Source: Actinomycetota bacterium (GTDB lineage Bacteria > Actinomycetota > Thermoleophilia > Solirubrobacterales > Thermoleophilaceae). From it: 38,312 nt of DNA. The stretch covers positions 1-38,312 of the forward strand of contig VAXR01000060.1 of assembly GCA_005885165.1 (NCBI GenBank), written 5' to 3'. Under the pieces are notes generated by a model that was not told the DNA's origin, searched no databases, and was given only the letters and a program-made list of their open reading frames with translations. The translations under genes and the position numbers were made by a program. Every line of letters begins with the position of its first letter. The first letter of the stretch is position 1. Below are positions 6,931 through 16,037 of this stretch, one piece after another.

Positions 6931-9858
6931 GTGCCGCTCACGCTCGTAACGGGTCCCGCCAACGCCGGCAAGGCGGGCGAGGTCCTGGCCGGCTACCGCA
7001 CCCGGCTCGACGAGGAGCCCGTGCTGGTCGTGCCCGCCTTCCGCGACGCCGACCACGCCCAGCGCGAGCTTGCGGGCCACGGCGCGGTGTTCGGGACCCG
7101 CGTGCTCCGCTTCGCGTGGCTGTTCGAGATGGTCGCGGAGCGTTGCGGCGCCGACGTCCGCGGTCCGCGGCGGGCGAGCGCGGTCCAGCGCCGGGTGCTG
7201 GTCGAGCGGGCGGTGGCGGCGACCCGCCTCACGAGCCTCGCGGCAGCGGCGGCGCGCCCGGGATTCGCGCGCGCCGCGGGGCGCTTCTTCGCCGAGCTCG
7301 GCCGCGCGATGGTCGACGCGGCACGCCTGCGCGTGGCGCTGCGCGCCTGGGCGGGAGACGGGCCGCGCCGTTCCCGCGCGGAGGACCTCGCCTCCCTTTA
7401 CTCGTCGTACAGGGACGTTCTCGAAGACGCCGGCCTCGTCGACGACCAGCTCTTCGCCTGGCGCGCGCTCGAGGCGCTGCGCGCGAACCCGTCGGGCTGG
7501 CGCGCGACCCCCGTCCACGTCTACGGATTCGACGACTTCACGGAGATCGAGCTGGCGCTGCTCGAGACGCTCTCGTCTGCCGCCGGCGCCGACGTGATGG
7601 TCTCGCTTCCCCACGAGGACGGACGGACCGCGTTCGACGCGATCGCGGCGACGCGCGAGCGGCTTGCCGCGATCGCGTCAGAGGAGATCGCGCTGCCTGG
7701 GTCGAGCGAGCACTACGACCCCGAGTCGCGGCCGGTCCTCAACCACCTCGAGCGCCGGCTGTTCGAGGCCTCCGGGGAGCGCGTCGACCCGGGCCGGGCG
7801 GTGCTCCTCCTGCGCTCCGGCGGCGAGCGTGCGGAGGTCGAGCTCGTCGGCGCCGAGGTGCTCTCGCTGCTCCGCGCCGGCACCCCCGCCGGGCAGATCG
7901 CGGTCGTCTTTCGCGACACCGCGGCCTGCGAATCCGTCGTGGACCAGGTGTTCACCGCGTACGGGATCCCGTACGCGCTCGACCGGACCGTCCCGCTCAG
8001 GCACACCGCACTCGGCGCAGGGTCGCTCGCGCTGCTCCGCTGCGCCGGCCCCACCGGTACGGCGGACGATCTCCTCACCTACCTGCGCACCCCCGGACGC
8101 CTCGACCAGCCCGCCCTGGCGGACGCCCTCGAGTCGGAGGTCCGGCGGAGCGGCGAGCGGAGCGCGGCCGCGGCCCGCAAGCGCTGGGAGGAGCGCCGCT
8201 GGCCGCTCGCGGAGATCGACCGCGTGGCGGCCGCGCGTGGAACGGCCGCGCTGGCGGCGCAGCTCGACGGCGAGGTCGAGAGGCTCTTCGGGCGCCAGTA
8301 CCAGCGCGCCGCGCACCTGTTCTCGCACGACGAGCTGGAGGATCCCCGAGCGCGCGAGGCGCTGCGTGCCGCGCTTCGGGACATCGCGACGCTCGCCACG
8401 GCCGCACCCCGGATCGTCCCCGACCGGCAGGCCCTGCACGACCTGCTGGGCGACGTCCCGGTCCACCTCGGGGCCGACCCCGCGCCCGACCGGGTTCAGG
8501 TCGCGCGTCCCGAGGCGATCCGCGCGCGGCGGTTCGAGGCGGTGTTCGTCTGCGGGCTCCAGGAGGGGGAGTTCCCGCGGCCCCGGCGCGCCGAGCCGTT
8601 CCTCTCGGACGAGGAACGCGTTGAGCTGGCGCGCGCCAGCGGGCTCGCGCTCCCGGTTCGCGACGACCGGGCCGCACGCGAGCGCTACCTCTTCTACTCG
8701 TGCGTCTCGCGGGCCGAGCGCCTGCTCGCGCTTTCCTGGCGCGAGACCGACGAGGAGGGGGCGCCGGCGGTTCGGTCCTTCCTGGTCGAGGACATCCTCG
8801 ACCAGCTCGATACGAGCGCGCTCGACGGGGTGACCCGCTCGCGTCCGCTCTCCGAGGTCGCCTGGCCGGCCGACCGCGCGCCGAGCGAGGCGGAGTGGCG
8901 GCGCGCGCTCGCGCTCGCCGGCCCGCGGCGCGCCCCGGTGCATCCCGAGCGGCTCGAGTCCGACGAGATCCTCGCCGACCTCGCCTCGCGCGACCGGCTC
9001 TCCGCGGCGGCGCTCGAGAGCTACGCCGACTGCCCGGTCAAGTGGCTGATCGAGCGCCAGCTCGAGCCCGAGTCGCTCGAGCCCGACCCGGAGCCGCTCG
9101 TGCGCGGCCGCTACGCGCACGCCGTCCTCGACGCGACCTACCGGAGGCTGCGGGAGCGCACCGGGGCGCGCCGGGTGACCCAGGACAACCTGGTGGCGGC
9201 GGAGGAGATCCTGATCGAGGCCCTGCGCGAGCAGGAGGGCCAGTTCCAGATCTCGCCGATGGCCACGCGCGTACGGACGGCCGTGCGACGGCTCGAGTTC
9301 GACCTCCTCCGCCACCTCCGCGCCGAGGCGGACACGAGCGGCCGCTTCGAGCCGTCCGAGCTGGAGCTCGAGTTCGGCCTCGAGGGGTCGCTGCAGCCCG
9401 CCGTCCCGATCGGCGACGGCCTGAGCATTCGCGGGCGCATCGACCGCGTCGACACCTGGAACGGCTACGCCCTCGTCCGCGACTACAAGAGCGGAAAGAC
9501 CGTCCACCCCGTCGCGCGCTGGGAGCGCGACCGCCGGCTGCAGGTCGCGCTCTACATGCTGGCCGTTCGCGAGCTCCTCTCGGCGGACGTCGCGGGCGGC
9601 GTCTACGTGCCGCTCGCGGGCGACGACCGCCGCGCCCGCGGCGTCGTCCTCGACGAGCTGCGCGAGGAGCTCGGGGAGGGCTTCGTGAGGAACGACTTCA
9701 TGCCCGCGGCGGAGATCGAAGCGGAGCTCGAGCGCGCCCGGGAACGCGCTCGCGAGCTGGCCGGCCGCCTGCGCTCCGGGGAGGTGCGCCCCTGCCCCAA
9801 GACGTGCGCGTGGAACGGCGGCTGCTCGTATCCGTCGGTCTGCCGGGTGGAGCGCTGA
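6931..9858 (+). CDS. Helicase-nuclease subunit, AddB/AdnA-like (degenerate motor plus C-terminal PD-(D/E)XK nuclease with Cys cluster)
   Basis: GTG 6931 gives VPLTLVTGPANAGKAG (Walker A-like). The C-terminus has the RecB-nuclease motif GRIDRVD...ALVRDYKSGK, and Cys residues at DCPVKW plus CPKTCAWNGGCSYPSVC. TGA 9856-9858 overlaps the ATG of the next gene. Confidence 0.8.
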   Translation: MPLTLVTGPANAGKAGEVLAGYRTRLDEEPVLVVPAFRDADHAQRELAGHGAVFGTRVLRFAWLFEMVAERCGADVRGPRRASAVQRRVLVERAVAATRLTSLAAAAARPGFARAAGRFFAELGRAMVDAARLRVALRAWAGDGPRRSRAEDLASLYSSYRDVLEDAGLVDDQLFAWRALEALRANPSGWRATPVHVYGFDDFTEIELALLETLSSAAGADVMVSLPHEDGRTAFDAIAATRERLAAIASEEIALPGSSEHYDPESRPVLNHLERRLFEASGERVDPGRAVLLLRSGGERAEVELVGAEVLSLLRAGTPAGQIAVVFRDTAACESVVDQVFTAYGIPYALDRTVPLRHTALGAGSLALLRCAGPTGTADDLLTYLRTPGRLDQPALADALESEVRRSGERSAAAARKRWEERRWPLAEIDRVAAARGTAALAAQLDGEVERLFGRQYQRAAHLFSHDELEDPRAREALRAALRDIATLATAAPRIVPDRQALHDLLGDVPVHLGADPAPDRVQVARPEAIRARRFEAVFVCGLQEGEFPRPRRAEPFLSDEERVELARASGLALPVRDDRAARERYLFYSCVSRAERLLALSWRETDEEGAPAVRSFLVEDILDQLDTSALDGVTRSRPLSEVAWPADRAPSEAEWRRALALAGPRRAPVHPERLESDEILADLASRDRLSAAALESYADCPVKWLIERQLEPESLEPDPEPLVRGRYAHAVLDATYRRLRERTGARRVTQDNLVAAEEILIEALREQEGQFQISPMATRVRTAVRRLEFDLLRHLRAEADTSGRFEPSELELEFGLEGSLQPAVPIGDGLSIRGRIDRVDTWNGYALVRDYKSGKTVHPVARWERDRRLQVALYMLAVRELLSADVAGGVYVPLAGDDRRARGVVLDELREELGEGFVRNDFMPAAEIEAELERARERARELAGRLRSGEVRPCPKTCAWNGGCSYPSVCRVER

Positions 9859-12800
9859 TGGCGCGGGCCCCTCTCACGAAGGAGCAGCGAGAAGCCGTCG
9901 AGCGCCGCGACGGTCCGCTGTTCGTGCGCGCCGGGGCCGGCACGGGCAAGACGCGGGTTCTTGTCGAGCGTTTCCTGGCGTGCGTGCTCGAGGACGGCGT
10001 CCCGGTCGACCGCATCCTCGCGATCACCTTCACAGACCGCGCGGCGGCCGAGATGCGCTCGCGCGTCCGGGCCCGCCTGCTCGAGCTCGGCGAGCGCGAT
10101 CGCGCCCGCGAGGCGGAGTCCGCTGCGATCTCCACGATCCACGCGTTCTGCGCCCGGCTGCTCCGCACGGGCGCGCTCGACGCGGGACTCGATCCAGAGT
10201 TCGCGGTGCTCGAGGACGTCGCGGCCGCGCGGATCACGATCGACGCGTTCGACAACGCGCTCGAGCAGTTCCTGCACGACGCCCGAGGCACGAGCGAGCT
10301 CGATTTGGCGGCGACATACGGGCCGGACCGTCTTCGGACGATGGTCACCACGGTCCATGCGCGCCTCCGCAGCCGCGGTGAGCGTCGGCCGGGGCTGCGG
10401 CCCGTGGAGGCACCGCCCGGGGCGAGCGAGGACGACCGCAAGGCGGTCGCCGACCACGCTCTGCTCGCGCGGCTGCTCGAGCTCTTCGGCGACCGCTACG
10501 CGCGCCTGAAGGAGGAGCGCTCGGCGCTCGACTTCGACGACCTCGAGCTGTGCACGCGGGATCTCCTGTCGAGCCAGCCGGCGCTCGGCGCCTCGATCCG
10601 CGAACGATTCGCACACGTGATGGTCGACGAGTTCCAGGACGTGAACCCGCTCCAGGAGGAGCTGCTCGAGCTCGTCTCGGGCGGCAACCTCTTCGCCGTC
10701 GGCGACGAGCAGCAGTCGATCTACGGCTTCCGCCATGCCGACGTCGAGATATTCGAGCGCCGGCTCGCCGCGGCGCGCGAGGCCGGCCGCGCCACGTCGC
10801 TGACCACGAACTTCCGCAGCCGCCCCGAGATCCTGAACGTGATCGACCTCGCCTTCGGGTCGATCTGGGCGGAGGGGGGCTTCGAGCCGCTGCGGCCCGC
10901 CGAGCCGCAGGGGGGCGCTGCGGCTGCGCGCACCTCGCCCTGCGTCGACCTGATGCTCGTCGATCGGACCAAGGGTTGCTGGGACGGCCTCGGAGACGAC
11001 CCGTTCGGCGCCACGATCGGCGACGTCACGGTCTGGCGTGCGGCCGAGGCGCGCCTGCTGGCGCAGCGCATCTCCGAGCTGGCCGGGCCGGGACGACCGT
11101 TCGAATGGGGCGACGTGGCGGTGCTCGTGCGCGCCGGCACCGACATGCACGTCTACGAGCGGGCCCTCGCCGAGCGGGGGATCCCGGCGTACGCCCACGG
11201 CGGACGCGGGTTCGCCGACGCCCAGCAGGTGAGCGACCTGCGCGCGTATCTCGCAGGGCTGGCCAACCCTCTCGACGAGCTCGCCCTGGTGTCGGTGCTC
11301 GCTTCGCCGCTCGCGGGCGTAACGCTCGGCGGCATCGCCTGTCTGCGCCTTCGCGCCCGCCGGCTCGGCCGCGGCCTCTGGCACGCCGTCCGGGAGGCCT
11401 TCCTGCCGGGCGGCGACGGATCGGACGACCTGGCCGGCGCGCTCGATGAGCGGGACCGGGACGCCCTCGCCGCCTTCGCCGGGCGCTTCGCCGGCGAGCG
11501 GGCGATCGCGCCGCGGCTGTCGCTCGAGGCGCTGATCGACCGCGTGGTCACCGAGTCCGGGTACGACGTCGCGGTCCTCGCGATGCCGGCCGGCGACCGG
11601 CGGCTGGCCAACGTCCGCAAGCTGATGCGGATCGCGAGGCGCTTCGAGTCGACCGACGGGCGCGACATCCGCGGCTTCATCGACCACCTGGACGAGCGGC
11701 GGCTGCTCCAGTCGCGCGAGGCCGAGGCGCCAGTCGAGGGGGAGACGAGCGAGCCGGCCGTGCGCGTGATGACCGTCCACGCCGCGAAGGGGGTCGAGTT
11801 CCCCGTGGTCTGCGTCGCCGACCTCGGGCGCGAGGCGCGCCAGGACAGCGGCGGCGGCCTCGAGGTCTCCCAGGACGGGCGGATCGGCCTGCGGCTCGCG
11901 TCGCTCTCGGGCGAGACGCGCGGCGCGCTCGACTGGGAGGAGCTCAAGCATGAGCAGGCCGAGCGGGGAGAAGAGGAGGAGCGCAGGATCTTCTACGTCG
12001 CGATGACGCGCGCGGAGGAGCACCTGGTGCTGAGCGGTGCGGTCGACGCGAAGCGCTGGCCCGAGCCGCGCCCGCTGGGCGCGCCGATCGACTGGATCTG
12101 GCGGGCGGTCGCCCCGGGGGCTAGCGAGACGCTCGCGCACGCCCACGAGGGTGAGGAGCGTCGGGCCTTCGAGGGCCAACCGGCAGCCGTCTCGCTCCGC
12201 CTGTGCGGGCCGGGATCGGTTGACGCCCTCCTGCCCGGCAAAGCGCGCGCGCCAGACGTCGCCGCCGCGGATGCCCTGGACGAGGGCGACCGCCGTACCG
12301 TGCCGTCGTTCGAGTCGCCCCGGGTACCGGCGTCGCTGCCCGTCCCACGCCTGAGCTACTCCGCCCTCGAGAGCTACCAGCGGTGCGGGTACCGCTTCTA
12401 CCTCGAGCGCGTGGCGCAGCTCCGCGGTCCCGAGGCCGGCCCGCGCGTGCGGCCCTCCGCCGCGTCGAACGGCCAGCTGGTCCTCGACGTCGACGCCGCC
12501 GCTGCCGAGCTCCCGGCCGAGGACGAGCCGACCGGGATCTCCGCGCTGCTGCGAGGGACCATCGTGCACGAGCTACTCGAGGGCCTCGACTTCGCGCGGC
12601 CGGCCGTGCCGGACGAGGAGCGGATCGCGGCGTCGATCGCCGCACACGGCGCCCCGGCCGGGCCTGAGGAGGTCGCCCGGATCGCCGAGCTGATCGCGGG
12701 CTTCGCCGGCTCCGAGCTGTGCGCGCGGGTCGGACGCGCGGCGCGTGCTCGTACGGAGCTTGCGTTCTCGTTCGAGCTCGCGCCCGGTCCCGACGGCGTG

Positions 12801-13229
12801 CGCTCGCTCCTCGTGAACGGCGTGGTGGACGTGCTGGCCGAGGAGCCCGGCGGGCTCCTGATCGTGGACTACAAGACCGATCCGCTGGAGGGGCGCACGC
12901 CGGCGTCGATCGTTGAGGAGAGCTACGACACGCAGCGGCTGGTCTACGCGCTTGCTGCGCTGCGATCCGGCGCTCCCCAGGTCGAGGTCGCCTACTCGTT
13001 CCTCGAGGCGCCCGGCGACCCGGTGCTCCGGTCATTCGGCTCCGGGGACGCGGCCGCGCTCGAACAGGGGCTGCTCGCCCTGGCCGACGGCGTGCTCGCG
13101 GGCCGCTTCGCGCCCACCGACGCTCCGCACCGCGAGCTCTGCCTGACCTGCCCGGGCCGCGCGACGCTCTGCACGTGGGGCCCCGAGCACACGCTGCGGG
13201 AACGTCCGGAGCCCGCTTTACGCTCGTGA
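9858..13229 (+). CDS. UvrD/Rep-family helicase with C-terminal RecB-type nuclease, AddA/AdnB-like
   Basis: ATG 9858 (ATGA overlap). Motifs seen: GAGTGKT Walker A, MVDEFQDVNP motif II, TVHAAKGVEF, C-terminal LLIVDYKTD nuclease motif, and Cys pattern YQRCGY ... CLTCPGRATLC. Confidence 0.85.
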   Translation: MARAPLTKEQREAVERRDGPLFVRAGAGTGKTRVLVERFLACVLEDGVPVDRILAITFTDRAAAEMRSRVRARLLELGERDRAREAESAAISTIHAFCARLLRTGALDAGLDPEFAVLEDVAAARITIDAFDNALEQFLHDARGTSELDLAATYGPDRLRTMVTTVHARLRSRGERRPGLRPVEAPPGASEDDRKAVADHALLARLLELFGDRYARLKEERSALDFDDLELCTRDLLSSQPALGASIRERFAHVMVDEFQDVNPLQEELLELVSGGNLFAVGDEQQSIYGFRHADVEIFERRLAAAREAGRATSLTTNFRSRPEILNVIDLAFGSIWAEGGFEPLRPAEPQGGAAAARTSPCVDLMLVDRTKGCWDGLGDDPFGATIGDVTVWRAAEARLLAQRISELAGPGRPFEWGDVAVLVRAGTDMHVYERALAERGIPAYAHGGRGFADAQQVSDLRAYLAGLANPLDELALVSVLASPLAGVTLGGIACLRLRARRLGRGLWHAVREAFLPGGDGSDDLAGALDERDRDALAAFAGRFAGERAIAPRLSLEALIDRVVTESGYDVAVLAMPAGDRRLANVRKLMRIARRFESTDGRDIRGFIDHLDERRLLQSREAEAPVEGETSEPAVRVMTVHAAKGVEFPVVCVADLGREARQDSGGGLEVSQDGRIGLRLASLSGETRGALDWEELKHEQAERGEEEERRIFYVAMTRAEEHLVLSGAVDAKRWPEPRPLGAPIDWIWRAVAPGASETLAHAHEGEERRAFEGQPAAVSLRLCGPGSVDALLPGKARAPDVAAADALDEGDRRTVPSFESPRVPASLPVPRLSYSALESYQRCGYRFYLERVAQLRGPEAGPRVRPSAASNGQLVLDVDAAAAELPAEDEPTGISALLRGTIVHELLEGLDFARPAVPDEERIAASIAAHGAPAGPEEVARIAELIAGFAGSELCARVGRAARARTELAFSFELAPGPDGVRSLLVNGVVDVLAEEPGGLLIVDYKTDPLEGRTPASIVEESYDTQRLVYALAALRSGAPQVEVAYSFLEAPGDPVLRSFGSGDAAALEQGLLALADGVLAGRFAPTDAPHRELCLTCPGRATLCTWGPEHTLRERPEPALRS

Positions 13230-13230
13230 C

Positions 13231-14673
13231 ATGAATGGCGGAGTGCGCCTCGAGGCCGCGGGTGATCGCCCGGCGGCGGCGCCTGGCGCAGCGGAGGCCG
13301 GTGCCACCGGCGTGCCCGGCTATCCCGGGCCGTACGCGGTCGGCCGCTACGCGGCGCGGCTCCGCGAGCGGCTCCGCGAGCTCGCCCGTGTCTGCCTGAT
13401 CGGGGAGGCCACGGGCGTACGGATCGGCGCGGGGCCGAACGTCTACTTCGAGCTGCGCGACGCCGACGGCGCAATTCCGTGCGCGATGTGGCGAACGGAC
13501 TTCGAGCGCCAGGGGCTGAGCGCCGACGAGTTCCGCGACGGCGTCGAGGTCGTGGCCGCCGGCGGCTGCGACTTCTATCCGGGCAGCGCAAGCGCCTCGC
13601 CGCGGTTCGCGTTTCGCGTCGAGCAGCTTCGCCTCGCGGGCGAGGGCGACCTGCTCGCCCGGCTGGCGCGGCTACGCCGCCAGCTCGCCGCCGAGGGGCT
13701 GTTCGAGCCCCAGAAGCTCCTCCCGCGCCGCGTGCTTCCCCGCCGGATCGGGGTCGTGACGGCGGACGCCAGCGCCGCGCGGCGCGACTTCCTCGCCGGG
13801 CTCGAGCGGCGCGCCTGGCGCGGGACGATCGTGTGGGCGTACGCGCCGGTCCAGGATCGCCGGGCCGCGCCGGCGATCGCCGCGGCGGTGCGCGACCTGG
13901 CGGCCTTCGCCGGGGTCGAGGCGATCGTCGTGACGCGCGGCGGCGGCAGCATCGCCGACCTCTGGGCGTTCTGCGACGAGACGCTGTGCCGCACCGTCGC
14001 GCTCACCCCGATTCCCGTGATCAGCGCGGTCGGGCACGAGGTGGACCGCACGCTGATCGACGACGTCGCGGCGGTCTCCTGCTCCACGCCCACCCACGCG
14101 GCCGAGGCCGCGGTGGGAATCGACTGCGCGGCAGCGCGCGCGGCGCTGTCCGTCGCGGCCCGCACGATCGACTCCGCCGGCCGATCGGCCGTACTGGTAC
14201 GCGCGCGCGAGCTGGCGGGCCACTCGCGGGCCCCGCGCGAGCACCTCTCGCGCCACCGGCGGCGCCTGCACCAGCTCGCGCGCGAGCTGCGCGCCGCCAC
14301 CTCGCGCGGTAGGTCCATGCGGTTGGAGTTCCAGCGCCGGATCGCCCTGACCGTCATGCGCCGCAAGGCCGAGGCCGAGGAGCGGCGCATCGCGGCGGAG
14401 CGCCGCGCGCTCGTCGGGCGCACGGGATCGCTCGCGGACTCCGCCGAGCGAGCCGGAGAGCGCCGCGCGACGGCGGTTGCCGCGTTCGCGGCCGCTTTGA
14501 GGGCTCACGACCCGGAGCGCACGCTCGAGCGCGGATACGCGCTGGCGCTCGATGCGCGGGGCGAGCCGCTCACCGACCCGCTGGCCGTGCGCCGCGCGGG
14601 GAAGTTCGACCTGCGCCTGGCCGGCGGCACCGTCCCGGCGCGACCACTGGATTCAACGCAGGAGGAGAGATGA
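13231..14673 (+). CDS. xseA: Exodeoxyribonuclease VII large subunit
   Basis: 480-aa ORF that starts 2 nt after the upstream stop. It shows an OB-fold-like N-terminus (NVYFELRDADGAIPCAMW), a catalytic core (IGVVTADASAARRDF, VTRGGGSIADLWAFCDE, ISAVGHEVD), and a coiled-coil tail. It is followed by xseB with an ATGA overlap. Confidence 0.9.
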   Translation: MNGGVRLEAAGDRPAAAPGAAEAGATGVPGYPGPYAVGRYAARLRERLRELARVCLIGEATGVRIGAGPNVYFELRDADGAIPCAMWRTDFERQGLSADEFRDGVEVVAAGGCDFYPGSASASPRFAFRVEQLRLAGEGDLLARLARLRRQLAAEGLFEPQKLLPRRVLPRRIGVVTADASAARRDFLAGLERRAWRGTIVWAYAPVQDRRAAPAIAAAVRDLAAFAGVEAIVVTRGGGSIADLWAFCDETLCRTVALTPIPVISAVGHEVDRTLIDDVAAVSCSTPTHAAEAAVGIDCAAARAALSVAARTIDSAGRSAVLVRARELAGHSRAPREHLSRHRRRLHQLARELRAATSRGRSMRLEFQRRIALTVMRRKAEAEERRIAAERRALVGRTGSLADSAERAGERRATAVAAFAAALRAHDPERTLERGYALALDARGEPLTDPLAVRRAGKFDLRLAGGTVPARPLDSTQEER

Positions 14674-14918
14674 CGACAGAGACGACGACCCCTCAGCCGG
14701 CTCCGACCTACGAGTCGGCTGTCGAGCGGCTCGAGCAGATAATCGCGAGGCTCGACTCGAACCAGGCGGGGCTCCGCGAGACGCTCGAGCTGTGCGCCGA
14801 GGGCCGCGGGCTGATCGAGTTCGCCGCGGCTGAGCTCGAGGCGGTCGGCCGCGGGCTCGAGGAGCTGCGGCTCGACGAGCTCATACAGCGCCTCGAGGCC
14901 GAGGCGCCCGCCGCCTGA
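14670..14918 (+). CDS. xseB: Exodeoxyribonuclease VII small subunit
   Basis: 82-aa ORF with the typical YESAVERLEQIIARLDS...LRETLELCAEGRGLIEF helix-hairpin. It is translationally coupled to xseA. Confidence 0.9.
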   Translation: MTTETTTPQPAPTYESAVERLEQIIARLDSNQAGLRETLELCAEGRGLIEFAAAELEAVGRGLEELRLDELIQRLEAEAPAA

Positions 14919-15030
14919 GGCGGCGCTCCCACTCGCAGCCTGGGCCGGCGCTGCCACCCCCGTTTTTCCGTCGGGGGCGCGGCTTACCTTGAGCGGGAAC
15001 CCGAACTTCGACCAGAGACCGGAGTCCCAC

Positions 15031-15486
15031 ATGGCCCTCTGCTTCATCGAGCCCCAGGAAGCGATCCGCGTCGTCGCGGAGTCAGTCGGCCGGGAGGCGC
15101 GCCGCCAGCTTCTCGGCGAGGTGGTCGCCGCGTGGGTTGACGAGATCCCGGACGACGAGCTGGACGTCCACTACGCGAAGGCCGTGGAGGACCTCGACGA
15201 TGACGACCTCTCGATGCTTGCCGCCTGGCACGCCGCGCTCGAGGTCGGCCAGCCGGTCGCCAACAAGGAGTTCCTGCTCAGGGCGTTCCCGGCGCTCGGC
15301 GTGCACCGCCGCGAGGCCCTGCGGATCGCCGCGGGCTTCCGCGGCGACGAGGCGTTCGACTGCGGGGCCAGCGAGGAGCAGGCCCTCAACACGGTGCTGC
15401 CGTGGCTCTCGCAGGAGCGGGCGATCGACCTCGCCGCGGAGGCGGTCGAGATCTATTGCTGGGACCGCTTAGGCTCGGATAACTAA
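15031..15486 (+). CDS. Hypothetical acidic protein
   Basis: The ORF opens at TTG 14989, but ATG 15031 has a GGAG 6 nt upstream. Codon usage is consistent with coding. I recognise no domain. Confidence 0.5.
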   Translation: MALCFIEPQEAIRVVAESVGREARRQLLGEVVAAWVDEIPDDELDVHYAKAVEDLDDDDLSMLAAWHAALEVGQPVANKEFLLRAFPALGVHRREALRIAAGFRGDEAFDCGASEEQALNTVLPWLSQERAIDLAAEAVEIYCWDRLGSDN

Positions 15487-15527
15487 GCGCCGGGGCGAAG
15501 CAACTCTGCGAGACCCCTTAGCCGTAC

Positions 15528-16037
15528 GTGAGACGGTCCCGGCGCCAGTTCCTCATTCCCTGGCTGGTCGCGGCCGCGCTGGCCGTCGCGCTGATCGTCA
15601 CCCGCACGGGCGATGACGGCAAGCCGAGCTTCGACGGCGCTCCGTCGGCCAGGGTCCAGCGGGTGGTCGACGGCGACACGGTTCGCCTCGTCGGCCTCGG
15701 GCCCGTCCGGCTGATCGGCGTCAACACGCCAGAGGTGTACGGGCACGTGCAGTGCTTCGGGCCGGAGGCGTCCGCCTTCGCGAAGCGCGTGATGCGCAAG
15801 GGGGCGGAGGTCCGATACCGGATCGGCAGGGAGGCGCACGATCGCTACGGGCGCCTGCTCGCGTACGTGTGGCTTCCCGACGGCCGGCTGTTCAACAAGA
15901 TGCTGGTCGACGGCGGCTACGCGGAGCCGCTCACGATCCACCCGAACGACCAGCTCGCGCCGACGTTCCGGGCGGCCGCCGCCCACGCGCGCGCGGCCCA
16001 CGCGGGCATGTGGGCGCACCCCGGCTGCGCCCCTTGA
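15528..16037 (+). CDS. Thermonuclease (staphylococcal nuclease/SNase) family protein, membrane-anchored or secreted
   Basis: N-terminal hydrophobic segment FLIPWLVAAALAVALIV. SNase blocks VVDGDTVRLVG...VRLIGVNTPE and DRYGRLLAYVWLPDGRLFNKMLVDGGYA are present. Confidence 0.85.
   Translation: MRRSRRQFLIPWLVAAALAVALIVTRTGDDGKPSFDGAPSARVQRVVDGDTVRLVGLGPVRLIGVNTPEVYGHVQCFGPEASAFAKRVMRKGAEVRYRIGREAHDRYGRLLAYVWLPDGRLFNKMLVDGGYAEPLTIHPNDQLAPTFRAAAAHARAAHAGMWAHPGCAP

Noticed and set aside
14950-14980. Hairpin CCCCCG-TTTTTCCGT-CGGGGG after xseB as an intrinsic terminator
   Set aside because: The T-run lies in the loop, not after the stem, so it is not a canonical terminator on either strand.
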